In this document: one piece after another, positions 27,505-36,691 of the stretch
Position numbering within the stretch: position 1 is the first letter of the stretch
Layout of the letters: every line of letters begins with the position of its first letter
NCBI GenBank assembly: GCA_028821675.1
Contig: JAPKFG010000002.1
Coordinates: 1 to 55,261, forward strand
Origin: Candidatus Poseidoniales archaeon
GTDB taxonomy: Archaea; Thermoplasmatota; Poseidoniia; Poseidoniales; Thalassarchaeaceae
Length of the DNA stretch: 55,261 bases
Reading direction: 5' to 3'
Program-made: the position numbers and the translations under genes
The notes under the pieces: model-generated
The model's input: only the letters and a program-made list of their open reading frames with translations
What the model was told of the DNA's origin: nothing
Databases searched by the model: none

Positions 27505-27529
27505 CCACGCTGCGGGAACCGCAGCGTGG
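27505..27529 (-). terminator. Perfect 11-bp hairpin CCACGCTGCGG-GAA-CCGCAGCGTGG downstream of the aminotransferase gene
   Basis: Seen directly in the sequence. It lies 20 nt past the stop at 27549, in one of the few intergenic spacers (27465-27548). This is the strongest stem-loop I noticed in the window. Confidence 0.4.
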
Positions 27530-27548
27530 CGCACGCACGTGAGGGGGG

Positions 27549-28754
27549 TCAGCGATTCCTTAGAAGAAACCGCTCGATTCGATCAAAGGCCTCATTCAAA
27601 ACATCTGAATTTGCGAGGTAAACAAGTCGAAAGTGCCCCAATCCCTTTTGCGCCGAAAAACCACTGCCGTGTACGAGGAGAACATGCTCTTCGTGTAGTA
27701 AATCTAGAACGAATTGTTTGTCATTGTTGGCCCACTTGGGGTCAGTCAATCGAACAAACATGTAGAATGCCCCTCCAGGAATTTGCACATCCAACCCCTC
27801 AATTCTTGAGATCCTCTCAATGCACAGATCCCTCTGTTCACGAACTTTCTGTGAATATCCACCCATCCAATCTTTCGATTGTTCCAACCCGGCCAAATAC
27901 CCCATCTGGGCTGGTGTTGATGCACACAACCGCGCCCTCAACAATCGCTCTATTCCATCTCTTACAGCGCTCAATCGATGAGTGGGGTCATGCAATGCCA
28001 TGTACCCAATTCGCCATCCAGGGGCATAGTACACTTTGGACACACCATTCAATGTGAAAATAGGCACTGTTTTGCTTCTTGAAGCGACACTGGAGTGTGT
28101 ATTGGTGAAATCGAGCCCGTCGTAGATTTCATCTGCAATAATCATGCAATTGGGCCACTTCTCTGCAATGGAAATCAATTGGTCGATTTCTGCTGCACTT
28201 GCCACATTCCCAGTTGGATTGTTAGGATTGATTAGCACTAACAACCGAACATTTTCATCCATCTTTGAGTCAATATCGTCAATATCGACTTTCCAACCAT
28301 CCTCTGAATCGAGACTGTATTCGATTGTTTCAGCGCCATACAATTGTGGATAGGCCATGTAGGGAGGGTAGTGTGGACCTGGAGCCAGAACCTTGGTACC
28401 TGCTCCAAGTGTAGCCGCGAAGATGATTTGCAATGCTTCTGTTACGCCGGTACAAACGTAGACATCGTCAGAGGTACAATTCCATCCTTTTCCACATTCA
28501 TCCTTAGCAATTGCAGAACGTAGAACAGGAAGGCCATATGACGGCGAATACCCGGTTTCACCCCTCGCTAGACTTTCTTGAAAAGCTCGAATCATATGTT
28601 CGGGTGTTGGTAACCCTGGGTAGGCGATGGGGTCACCAATATTCAGTTTCAATATTTCATGACCTTCCGCTTCTAGAGCCGTGGCTGGTACAACCACATC
28701 TCGGATTGCATACTCGATTCGCGCTGCTCGCTCATTCACAGGAATATCACTCAT
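27549..28754 (-). CDS. Alanine aminotransferase-type class I PLP aminotransferase
   Basis: The N-terminus ARIEYAIRDVVVPATALEAEGHEILKLNIGDP closely parallels archaeal/bacterial AlaAT N-termini. NPNNPTG is present, and the PLP-Lys context is NGVSKVYYAPGWRIGY. Confidence 0.88.
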   Translation of the reverse strand: MSDIPVNERAARIEYAIRDVVVPATALEAEGHEILKLNIGDPIAYPGLPTPEHMIRAFQESLARGETGYSPSYGLPVLRSAIAKDECGKGWNCTSDDVYVCTGVTEALQIIFAATLGAGTKVLAPGPHYPPYMAYPQLYGAETIEYSLDSEDGWKVDIDDIDSKMDENVRLLVLINPNNPTGNVASAAEIDQLISIAEKWPNCMIIADEIYDGLDFTNTHSSVASRSKTVPIFTLNGVSKVYYAPGWRIGYMALHDPTHRLSAVRDGIERLLRARLCASTPAQMGYLAGLEQSKDWMGGYSQKVREQRDLCIERISRIEGLDVQIPGGAFYMFVRLTDPKWANNDKQFVLDLLHEEHVLLVHGSGFSAQKGLGHFRLVYLANSDVLNEAFDRIERFLLRNR

Positions 28755-29257
28755 TGTAGGCCCCCCATTCGCCTCACTTCGGCGAAATTCTCCAATGGTA
28801 CGGATTGTACGCTGAGGCGTGAACCTTTGGCCAACAAGGGCATTCCCTCAAGTGCGGAGTTTGCTTTCATGTCTGGCAAGGTCACTATGTTATTCATAGC
28901 TTCAACGGGTTCGATATCAACCATCATCCATCGTGGATTCTCTGGCGTTGCTTTCGCATCGTAATAGTTGGAATTTGAGTCCTGTGCTGTGTGATCTGGA
29001 TACCCTTCACGACACACTCGAGCAACACCTGCAATATGCGGAGGTTTGGTGTTAGAATGGTAGAAGAGAACCAAATCTCCAATCTTCATATCATCTCTCA
29101 TTGTATTCCTCGCCTGATAGTTTCGAACCCCGTCCCAATGGGTTTGTCCATCCTCCACAAGTTGTTCCCATGGATAGACGTGAGGTTCGGATTTCATGAG
29201 CCAGTACGCCACCATCGAGCCCCTAGGGGCTCGCCCCGGTTTGAAAGGCTTCACCAT
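28751..29257 (-). CDS. EVE domain (PUA-like fold) protein
   Basis: YWLMKSEPHVYPWEQL...THWDGVRNYQARNTMRDDMKIGDLVLFYHSN...HIAGVARV...YPD...YYD...WMMVDIEP is the canonical EVE/DUF55 pattern. Its stop overlaps the aminotransferase start (ATGA). Its first ATG overlaps the RND gene stop by 7 nt; an alternative start is at 29215. Confidence 0.88.
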   Translation of the reverse strand: MVKPFKPGRAPRGSMVAYWLMKSEPHVYPWEQLVEDGQTHWDGVRNYQARNTMRDDMKIGDLVLFYHSNTKPPHIAGVARVCREGYPDHTAQDSNSNYYDAKATPENPRWMMVDIEPVEAMNNIVTLPDMKANSALEGMPLLAKGSRLSVQSVPLENFAEVRRMGGLQ

Positions 29258-32200
29258 GCGTCGTCAGCGCTGCCCAGAAGCACTGCATCATACGATTCTG
29301 CAGCATCAATCTGAGCTGAGACCGCTCGTGAACCCCCGGCAAGACCCGCCTTTCTGCGCATTGCATCACTTCCACCGGCGAGTCCCCAACCTTCCTTCAC
29401 AAAGGTCGCATAAATTGCGGGTAATAGTAGGAGGGCGCTGATGGCAGCGAAAGATAGGAGGATAATGATCACGGTTACGAAGGGCTTGATAGCGGGGATT
29501 GGAATTAGATATGCAGTCATCAATCCTGCAGATGTGACTAACCACGCTTCGAATAGAGACATACCCGTGCTTGCACAGGCATCTTGTATGGCCTCTAGAC
29601 TACCACCCAATTCACGAACACGATTGGCGATGTGAATCGAGAAATCTACACCAACACCGACCAGAATAGACCCAATCATGACAGTGACCAGAGAGAGCGT
29701 GACTGAGAATTCATCCATCACCAACCATTGCATCGCCACAGTGAAGATTACGGGGGCCGTTGTCAGCACGGCATATTTCGCGTCACGGAACACAAATCCA
29801 AGTGTAATCACAGTGAACAGTAGAGCGAATCCAAGAGATTGCCATTGGCTGCCAACGATGAGAGTGTTGACAGCTATTGTTACAGCCGCAACACCAATCA
29901 ACCCGCTTGGCCGGAATCCGTGGTCCTTCATCAGGTCACTCGCATCATTGATCGCACGCGCCGCCGCCTCTGTTTCCTTCACCGGCATGAAGGGCATATC
30001 GATGTAAATGAGAGATCGTTGGAAGTCCTTTGACACAAAGAAGTGACGTAATTCTGGGGTCAAGCCATCGTAAAATACGGAGATGAGAAAACTCTGCGTT
30101 TCGATACCCGCTCGTCCACCATCATCCAATGATTCCAAGACGAGCCAGAATGTTGCGTTTGCTTGATATTCCGTTCCGAAAAGAATCTGACATACTTCAT
30201 TGGCCACATTATCATCAGGAATGAGGTCGCACCACTGAGAAAAATCAGCACCAGACGCATTCAATGATGCACCAATTGATTTCATCAAGAATGCAATTGA
30301 AACAGCTGTGGTTTGATCGACATCATTGGCTAATTGCGCCAATTCTTCGATTTTCGTTAAACTATCGTACGGATCTTTCTGTAATTCCCCATCGCCGGAG
30401 GTCAATAACTCAGGTTCGGCGGCGATGTCCGCCTCGACAAGAATCATGCCGACCTGCCCACTTTCAAACTCGTCGGAATAGGTAATCATTTTGGCAACAG
30501 CGGGCGTAGTTTGCGGGGCCATTTCGAGTAAGTCGACGTCTTCAACCACATTTTCTCTGCTAACCAGGCCGCTGAATAGCATCAAAATAAGGAAGATTGA
30601 GATTGCAACTTTGTTCCATCTAATTGGGACGCCAACGACGGCGATGAAGATTCCCGGAGGTGGATGTGATGGCTTTTTCAAATCGAGCAGCATCGTCAGA
30701 TTAGGAACCATCACCATCGTCAAGATGTAGACAACGATGATACCTCCAGCCAGGGAGTAGCCAACTGTTTGTATCGGCGCCATCGGTGTTAGAATTAGCG
30801 AAACGAATCCGATTACGGTAGTGACTGCAGATAGGAACACGGCTCGTCCTGTAGATTGGATTGCAAGGGCCATTTTTTCTCTGGGCGTGCCCTTCGATTC
30901 TGCATATCGATTGGTGATGTGTAATCCGTATGAAACGCCAAGGGCCAAGATGATGGGTCCGACAATAATTACTGTCATTGTCACCTCAAAATCGGTCCAT
31001 CCAATGATTCCAAGCGTAGTGAAAACAGAACACAAGGTTGGAAGACCCGCGATAATCACCACCTTAACCCCCTGAACCCATTGAATTCGTCCAGTTTGTA
31101 GTACATCACAATGAAACAAGAATAGAACAAATGCGACAGCAAGACACCCGATAGGGAAAATCTTCCAGAATAGAGAAAATGTGTATTCGGTAACCGCATT
31201 GGTGATGGGTACAGGCCCCGTAAGTGTCATCCTGAGGCATAGTGGATTGTTTTCGTTCTGTTCAATCGGTTTGTTATTGCGATCTTTTACATTGCATTCG
31301 TTATTATCATCCATAACTCCCCAGTTGTTCGCTACACCGAGTCGATTGATTTCAGCCTGTGTCTGCTCGATGAGATCGGAGGTTGGAATATCGGCCTTCC
31401 CATCTCCATCAGCATCATTCTCTGCTACACCGACAATGATAACGGCTCTATTCCAATCACCTATTTCCTCTAAGACTAGTGTCCCATTTTCAGTTTTACC
31501 AACATCACGCACCAATTTATCTCGAGCATTGTCTGGGAGTTCCCCTACAATCTGGTCTATTCGGTTTTGGTCATCTGGAATACTGTATCCACCTATGATA
31601 TCCCCGTACTCTTTGATGGCATCACTGGTATTGTCGGCCAGCCAATTACAAGCCCCTTCCAACGGACAAGCATCCCCAGCATTTTGGACGAAAGAATCGG
31701 CAACCCGCGGCGCACTGGAATTGATTTCTTTGACAACGGATGAAATACTCAAGATGTAGATGATATTGTCATCCACCCCCTCGTCTGAATTTTGCCAATT
31801 CAGTGTTTGTTCCAATTCATCCAACTGAGATAGAATGGCTTGATTCGTGATGTTCTTCCCCCCGGTTTCAACATAGATAATCATCACATTCGTCGTCCAA
31901 TCCTTCTCAACCTCGGCAATATCAGCAGCTACTTGACTCCCATCGGGCAGAAAGGCCTGCAAATCACCATTGACATTCATCGAGCGTTCATCAGTCCATT
32001 GATCCGTGATGCCAGAATGGTATGCGAAGAATGCTGTAATGAGCAAACACAAGATTACACTTGCAGCGGGAAATCGAGTGAGGGCACCAAAAACCGACAT
32101 CTCTTGTAATTCCCTGCGAATCATCTTTGGAGCTGAAAGAAGGGCCCCTACAGCCTTTTGAGATTCAAATTCGGTGATTTTACGACGAACATCCGTAGTA

Positions 32201-32259
32201 AAATCCTGCATGATAGCACGGGGTTGTATCCCCTTCTGCCCATCATCACCATCAGTCAT
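29251..32259 (-). CDS. RND-superfamily exporter (MMPL / COG1033-like, 2 x 6 TM with large external loops)
   Basis: 1002 aa with two blocks of about 5-6 hydrophobic helices (roughly aa 355-545 and 830-985), each preceded by a large soluble loop. The second block contains LVGVGVDFSIHI, and the first contains LALGVSYGLHITNR, as in RND/SSD transporters. Confidence 0.8.
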   Translation of the reverse strand: MTDGDDGQKGIQPRAIMQDFTTDVRRKITEFESQKAVGALLSAPKMIRRELQEMSVFGALTRFPAASVILCLLITAFFAYHSGITDQWTDERSMNVNGDLQAFLPDGSQVAADIAEVEKDWTTNVMIIYVETGGKNITNQAILSQLDELEQTLNWQNSDEGVDDNIIYILSISSVVKEINSSAPRVADSFVQNAGDACPLEGACNWLADNTSDAIKEYGDIIGGYSIPDDQNRIDQIVGELPDNARDKLVRDVGKTENGTLVLEEIGDWNRAVIIVGVAENDADGDGKADIPTSDLIEQTQAEINRLGVANNWGVMDDNNECNVKDRNNKPIEQNENNPLCLRMTLTGPVPITNAVTEYTFSLFWKIFPIGCLAVAFVLFLFHCDVLQTGRIQWVQGVKVVIIAGLPTLCSVFTTLGIIGWTDFEVTMTVIIVGPIILALGVSYGLHITNRYAESKGTPREKMALAIQSTGRAVFLSAVTTVIGFVSLILTPMAPIQTVGYSLAGGIIVVYILTMVMVPNLTMLLDLKKPSHPPPGIFIAVVGVPIRWNKVAISIFLILMLFSGLVSRENVVEDVDLLEMAPQTTPAVAKMITYSDEFESGQVGMILVEADIAAEPELLTSGDGELQKDPYDSLTKIEELAQLANDVDQTTAVSIAFLMKSIGASLNASGADFSQWCDLIPDDNVANEVCQILFGTEYQANATFWLVLESLDDGGRAGIETQSFLISVFYDGLTPELRHFFVSKDFQRSLIYIDMPFMPVKETEAAARAINDASDLMKDHGFRPSGLIGVAAVTIAVNTLIVGSQWQSLGFALLFTVITLGFVFRDAKYAVLTTAPVIFTVAMQWLVMDEFSVTLSLVTVMIGSILVGVGVDFSIHIANRVRELGGSLEAIQDACASTGMSLFEAWLVTSAGLMTAYLIPIPAIKPFVTVIIILLSFAAISALLLLPAIYATFVKEGWGLAGGSDAMRRKAGLAGGSRAVSAQIDAAESYDAVLLGSADDAW

Positions 32260-32407
32260 GCTCGCCCCTCTGGGGCGCCCTTCTCACCCTCCGCTCTTTA
32301 ATTCCTCACGCCCAACCGTGTACGGGAGGCTTGAAAACGGAAAGCCACGACCGCGCGGTTGGACCTGTTCAAGTAACCGCAGTAGGGCCGCAGGTGGGAA
32401 CACCAAA

Positions 32408-34888
32408 ATGGCAAAGCCGACCATTACCGATAAACGCTGGTCAATCGACCTTGAGAAGCGCATCCAAGAAGCGCATTATGCAGACACTGATGCCTACAAT
32501 TCCCGTTATGGTTTCAAGCCCGACAGTGGTCGCGAACTATTCGTCATCGACACTCCCCCCCCATATCCGAGTGGCACATGGCATATCGGGGCCGTTGCAC
32601 AATACAGTATGATTGATGTTATCGCACGAAGTCAGAGATTGCTCGGTAAAGAGGTCTACTTCCCATGGGGGGTGGATCGCAATGGAATCAACATTGAATT
32701 CACTGTTGAGAAAAACACCGGTCGCAAAATGAAGACATACGATCGGGCCGAATTCCTGAAACTATGTGAGGAAACTATCGAGGAATATACACAGTCGATG
32801 AGGAATACCGCATCGAGGGTGGGTTTATCCTGTGATTTTGAGAAGGAATATCTCACCGATGCTCCGGATTATCGAGCTGTCACGCAAGCGATTTTCGTCG
32901 ACTTATTCAAGCGTGGTGAAATCGTTGAGGATCTCCGACCAAACATTTACGACCCGGTTGAAGGCACCACCATTGCCGATGCTGAAGTTGAACGATTGCA
33001 GAGGGAGACACAACTCATCGATGTGAAGTGGTCTACCGACAACGGTGAGGAATTGATTATCTCAACCACGCGACCTGAACTCATTTGTGCATGTGGCGTG
33101 GTTGTTGTTCATCCCGATGATGAACGATACACCCACATCGTTGGACGTAAGGCCATTCTTCCTGTCAGCGTCGAAGGCCGTTCAACAGAAGTTGAGATTC
33201 GCACTCATCCATCTGTGAAATCAGAATTTGGTTCAGGTGTGTTGATGGTTTGTTCATTTGGAGACCAAAACGACGTCGCCGTATTCCGCGATATGGGACT
33301 GGCTCCCTTCCAGGCCATCGACCTTGATGGATGCCTGACCTCAATTTCCGGGCCTCTTGCAGGACTCACTGTCAAGGATGCCAGAGCCGCTGCCATCGAA
33401 CAGTTGGAGGCAGATGGCCGCATCGCCAACATCGAGGTCCGCGAGCAAGAGGTACCGGTTTCCGAGAGAGGAAAGAACCCGGTTGAGATTATTCTACTCA
33501 AGGAATGGTATGTTCGACAGACACACATTCAAGATCGAATGCGCGAGCATGTAGATGAAATCAATTTCATTCCGCCTAGGAACAAGCAGTTTCTGCTCGA
33601 TTGGATGGAGAACGTAAGCATCGATTGGCCCATCAGCCGCCGTCGATGGTATCACACTGAGATTCCTATATGGTATTCTGAGGACACTACCAAAATCATC
33701 GTTCCACCCTCTGGCACCTATGTCCAACCGTGGCGTGAATCTCCCCCGAAGGGCAGCCGAGTTCTTGACCGAGAGACTCGGGAAGATTTGGGCGATTTAT
33801 CTGAACTCAAATCAACACTCGGCACAATCTCCGGTGAGGAGAAGGTGTTCGATACATGGATGGATTCATCAAATTCCAATCTCTTCGTCTCTGGCTATCT
33901 AAATGACCCCGAAACTTTCGAGAAGGCATTCCCAACGGGCATCCGCCCTCAAGGCAAGGAAATTGTCCGTACGTGGTTGTACTACACCTTGCTAAAGAGC
34001 ACCCTGCTTATGGATATGCCCGGGTTTCAGAATGTTTGGATTGATGGATTGGGTATGGACCCCTGGGGTCGTAAGATGTCAAAATCCCTTGGTAATGGCA
34101 TCGACGCAGACAGCGTTCTAGAGTGTGGTGCAGGTGGAAGAACCGGTGCATGGCGAGTCAAGGGTCCGGATAAGAGCGTCCAGTTGAAGGCTAACAAAAT
34201 TGGCAGTGAGTGCTTCCGCTTGTGGAAGGCGTGTGATGCCCAAGTTGGCGACGATTTCCACATCAATCCAGAAGAGATTGAAGCCAAGTATTTCGGTGTT
34301 TTAACCAAGATATTCAATGTGGCCCGATTTGCATCTCAATTCTCCGTTCCAAGTGATTTCAATCGAATCCCCAACAATCTTTGTGTTGGGGATCGCTGGA
34401 TTCTTTCAGAATTCGCACAGGTGCTGTCAGATGTTGAGAGGGATTGGATTGCCATCGATATCTTCTCAGCCACCCGCACAATCAAGAATTTCTCTACTGA
34501 TGTACTTCCGAGTCACTGGTTAGAGATGGCCAAAGGTCGACTCTATGACGGCGATGAGAATGCAGCTTGGACCATCCACAGCATAGTCAAGGACCTGTTG
34601 ACTATCTTCAGCCCGATCTGCCCATTCTTCACGCATCATCTAAGTGAGACGCTGTACGGTGAGAGTGCTGTCGATGTTCGTCAATACCCCACGTCATCCA
34701 TTGCCAATGATGATGACGCCGACAGACTACGTTCGCTGACTAGTTCGTTGTGTGATTTCAATAGTGAAACATGGCGTGCCAAGAAGGATGCTTCACTGAG
34801 TTTGAACGCTGAAATATCTGGAATTACAATTCCCTACGAATTGTCAGAATTCAATGATGAATTGACAGCCATGCACAAACTAATCTAA
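32408..34888 (+). CDS. valS: Valyl-tRNA synthetase
   Basis: FVIDTPPPYPSG, an editing-domain signature TTRPELICACGVVVVHPDDERY (vs ATTRPET..GD.AVAVHP.D.RY), DWPISRRRWY..EIPIWY, and KMSKS at 34073-34087. The start is set at MAKPTITDKRW (32408), because the track start 32174 overlaps the RND gene. The HIGH box reads WHIGA. Confidence 0.88.
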   Translation: MAKPTITDKRWSIDLEKRIQEAHYADTDAYNSRYGFKPDSGRELFVIDTPPPYPSGTWHIGAVAQYSMIDVIARSQRLLGKEVYFPWGVDRNGINIEFTVEKNTGRKMKTYDRAEFLKLCEETIEEYTQSMRNTASRVGLSCDFEKEYLTDAPDYRAVTQAIFVDLFKRGEIVEDLRPNIYDPVEGTTIADAEVERLQRETQLIDVKWSTDNGEELIISTTRPELICACGVVVVHPDDERYTHIVGRKAILPVSVEGRSTEVEIRTHPSVKSEFGSGVLMVCSFGDQNDVAVFRDMGLAPFQAIDLDGCLTSISGPLAGLTVKDARAAAIEQLEADGRIANIEVREQEVPVSERGKNPVEIILLKEWYVRQTHIQDRMREHVDEINFIPPRNKQFLLDWMENVSIDWPISRRRWYHTEIPIWYSEDTTKIIVPPSGTYVQPWRESPPKGSRVLDRETREDLGDLSELKSTLGTISGEEKVFDTWMDSSNSNLFVSGYLNDPETFEKAFPTGIRPQGKEIVRTWLYYTLLKSTLLMDMPGFQNVWIDGLGMDPWGRKMSKSLGNGIDADSVLECGAGGRTGAWRVKGPDKSVQLKANKIGSECFRLWKACDAQVGDDFHINPEEIEAKYFGVLTKIFNVARFASQFSVPSDFNRIPNNLCVGDRWILSEFAQVLSDVERDWIAIDIFSATRTIKNFSTDVLPSHWLEMAKGRLYDGDENAAWTIHSIVKDLLTIFSPICPFFTHHLSETLYGESAVDVRQYPTSSIANDDDADRLRSLTSSLCDFNSETWRAKKDASLSLNAEISGITIPYELSEFNDELTAMHKLI

Positions 34889-34890
34889 CG

Positions 34891-35919
34891 TCAGTTCAAC
34901 ACTGCTCGGTTGACTACAGATTGCGGAGTTTCACCATTGAAGAATCCTATGAGCAGTTCCGCCATTTCAAATCCAATACGATTCTGCGCCTCAACTGTAG
35001 CCGCACCAATGTGTGGGGTGCCATGGAAGTTCGGATGTTTTAGAATCGGGTTGTCTCCAGCCGGTTCTACCTCAAACACATCGAGGGCACAGGAGGACAG
35101 TCTGCCGTTTTCCAATGCTTCCAGAGCATCTTGTTCATTGACAATACCTCCGCGTGCGCATGATACCAAATGGTTTCCACACGCCGTACCATCTGCACCA
35201 ATACCCGTCATCAGTGCGAGCGTGTTTTCATTGACAAGGTGATGCGTTTCGTCGGTCAAATTGCAGTGAATAGAGATGTGAGTGCACAGGTGGAATACAT
35301 CATTCACATCATCGTGTAATACACAATTCTGTTCGTCGGCGATGTGAGTTGGCAAATATGGATCAAATGCATGTATTTCCATTCCCATTGCATGAGCAAC
35401 TCGTCCCACTCCCTGTGCGATTCTTCCAAAACCAATGAAGCCGATTCGTTTCCCCGAAAGTTCGGTGCCTTTGAGCGCTTTCTTGGACCAATTACCTGAA
35501 CGTAAATCTCGGTCTGCCTTGGGTATATGTCGTACTGAGGCGAGCAGATGACCCAATGTCAATTCTACAACTGATTGCGTAGATGAACCCGGTGTGTTGC
35601 ATACCAGAATACCAGCATTTGTAGCAGTGACTAGGTCAATATTGTCGACTCCAACACCGGCCCTTCCAATCAGTTGCAATGATGGGGCTGCTGAGATTGC
35701 CTCCGATGTCATTTTTGTTGCCGAACGAATGACAACGGCATCAAACCCATCTAGTTGAGTAGGATCCATGTCAACTTCATGACCCGCCTCGATCAACATT
35801 GAAACGGCGCTTTCCGCCATTCCATCTGTCACTGCAATGCGGGCCACGATGCCCCGGTTCGGTGTCCACCCCTTCAACATACGCATGTTCATAGACGGTA
35901 CTCGGATGGGTTGTTTCAT
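34891..35919 (-). CDS. D-isomer-specific 2-hydroxyacid dehydrogenase (SerA-like 3-phosphoglycerate dehydrogenase, no ACT domain)
   Basis: GKRIGFIGFGRIAQGVG NAD-binding site, ARGGIVNEQDALEAL..G, ALDVFEVEP and PHIGAATVEAQ. The start is uncertain. The longest ORF starts at 35919, but a GTG at 35847 gives a family-typical MARIAVTDG N-terminus and frees 70 nt for a divergent promoter. Confidence 0.8.
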   Translation of the reverse strand: MKQPIRVPSMNMRMLKGWTPNRGIVARIAVTDGMAESAVSMLIEAGHEVDMDPTQLDGFDAVVIRSATKMTSEAISAAPSLQLIGRAGVGVDNIDLVTATNAGILVCNTPGSSTQSVVELTLGHLLASVRHIPKADRDLRSGNWSKKALKGTELSGKRIGFIGFGRIAQGVGRVAHAMGMEIHAFDPYLPTHIADEQNCVLHDDVNDVFHLCTHISIHCNLTDETHHLVNENTLALMTGIGADGTACGNHLVSCARGGIVNEQDALEALENGRLSSCALDVFEVEPAGDNPILKHPNFHGTPHIGAATVEAQNRIGFEMAELLIGFFNGETPQSVVNRAVLN

Positions 35920-36367
35920 GCCTAATGAAAAACAAGTGATTATCGATGCATACGCCCACTGTGATGGTCCCTGTGGTGTCTATGACCCAGCTAGCGCAAG
36001 AATTGCTGGTGAAGCCGTCCAATCAATGACAAAGAAAATGCTGGATCTTGCAGCAAGTGATGCAGATTGCAGCTCAGCGGCCTACATCAACACGATGAGT
36101 CGATATGCAGCAATCAAGGAAGAGGAGGCTCAGAAGTGCAAGAAGGAACTCCTTGTTCTATGGACGGATTTCTTCAAGCCTCAGCACCTTGAATCAATCT
36201 CTGACCTCCACAACACCTTCTGGCAGGCTGCAAAGTTGTGCAGTGCATGCAAAGTGGAAGTCTCTACAGAACATGCTCAGGAACTTATGGATGCAATCGA
36301 GAACATTCACAATATGTTTTGGAATGTAAAGGGCCGCAGTGAAATCTCTTGGATTCGTGCGAGTTGA
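35918..36367 (+). CDS. sodN: Nickel superoxide dismutase precursor
   Basis: A 13-residue propeptide MPNEKQVIIDAYA is followed by the Ni-hook HCDGPCGVYDPA (35957 onward; Streptomyces has HCDLPCGVYDPA). Later motifs are collinear with Streptomyces NiSOD: LVLWTDFFKPQH.E, LH and IHNMFW. The track start 35837 is rejected because it overlaps serA. Confidence 0.95.
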   Translation: MPNEKQVIIDAYAHCDGPCGVYDPASARIAGEAVQSMTKKMLDLAASDADCSSAAYINTMSRYAAIKEEEAQKCKKELLVLWTDFFKPQHLESISDLHNTFWQAAKLCSACKVEVSTEHAQELMDAIENIHNMFWNVKGRSEISWIRAS

Positions 36368-36650
36368 GACGTTGAATCGAATTCAAGTTCGAATTCATGG
36401 CGACAGTATGTGGCCTACGCTCAAAGATGGTGACAGCGTTGAGGCTATCCAAGGTCTAATTCCTGTGGTAGGGGATATCGTCATCGCCCATCATCCAATG
36501 AAGAAAATTACCGTCATCAAACGTGTCAAACGCATTCAGTCTGATGGTTTGTTCCTTGAGGGCGACAACCCTGACCCGATTGGTAGCGAAGATTCCCACA
36601 ACTTCGGACCAGTAGCAACCTCTTCAATAATAGCAATCATTCAAGATTGA
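36339..36650 (+). CDS. sodX: NiSOD maturation peptidase (S26 signal-peptidase-like, SodX)
   Basis: GDSMWPTL (Ser nucleophile box, 36399 onward) and VIKRVKRI (Lys box), plus GDNPDPIGSEDSHNFGPV. It lies immediately downstream of sodN and overlaps it. The start is either the ATG at 36339 or the GTG at 36357. Confidence 0.85.
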   Translation: MKSLGFVRVETLNRIQVRIHGDSMWPTLKDGDSVEAIQGLIPVVGDIVIAHHPMKKITVIKRVKRIQSDGLFLEGDNPDPIGSEDSHNFGPVATSSIIAIIQD

Positions 36651-36691
36651 TTTCCGTTTGAGTTAAGACCAGATGGTGATGCATACCCAAC

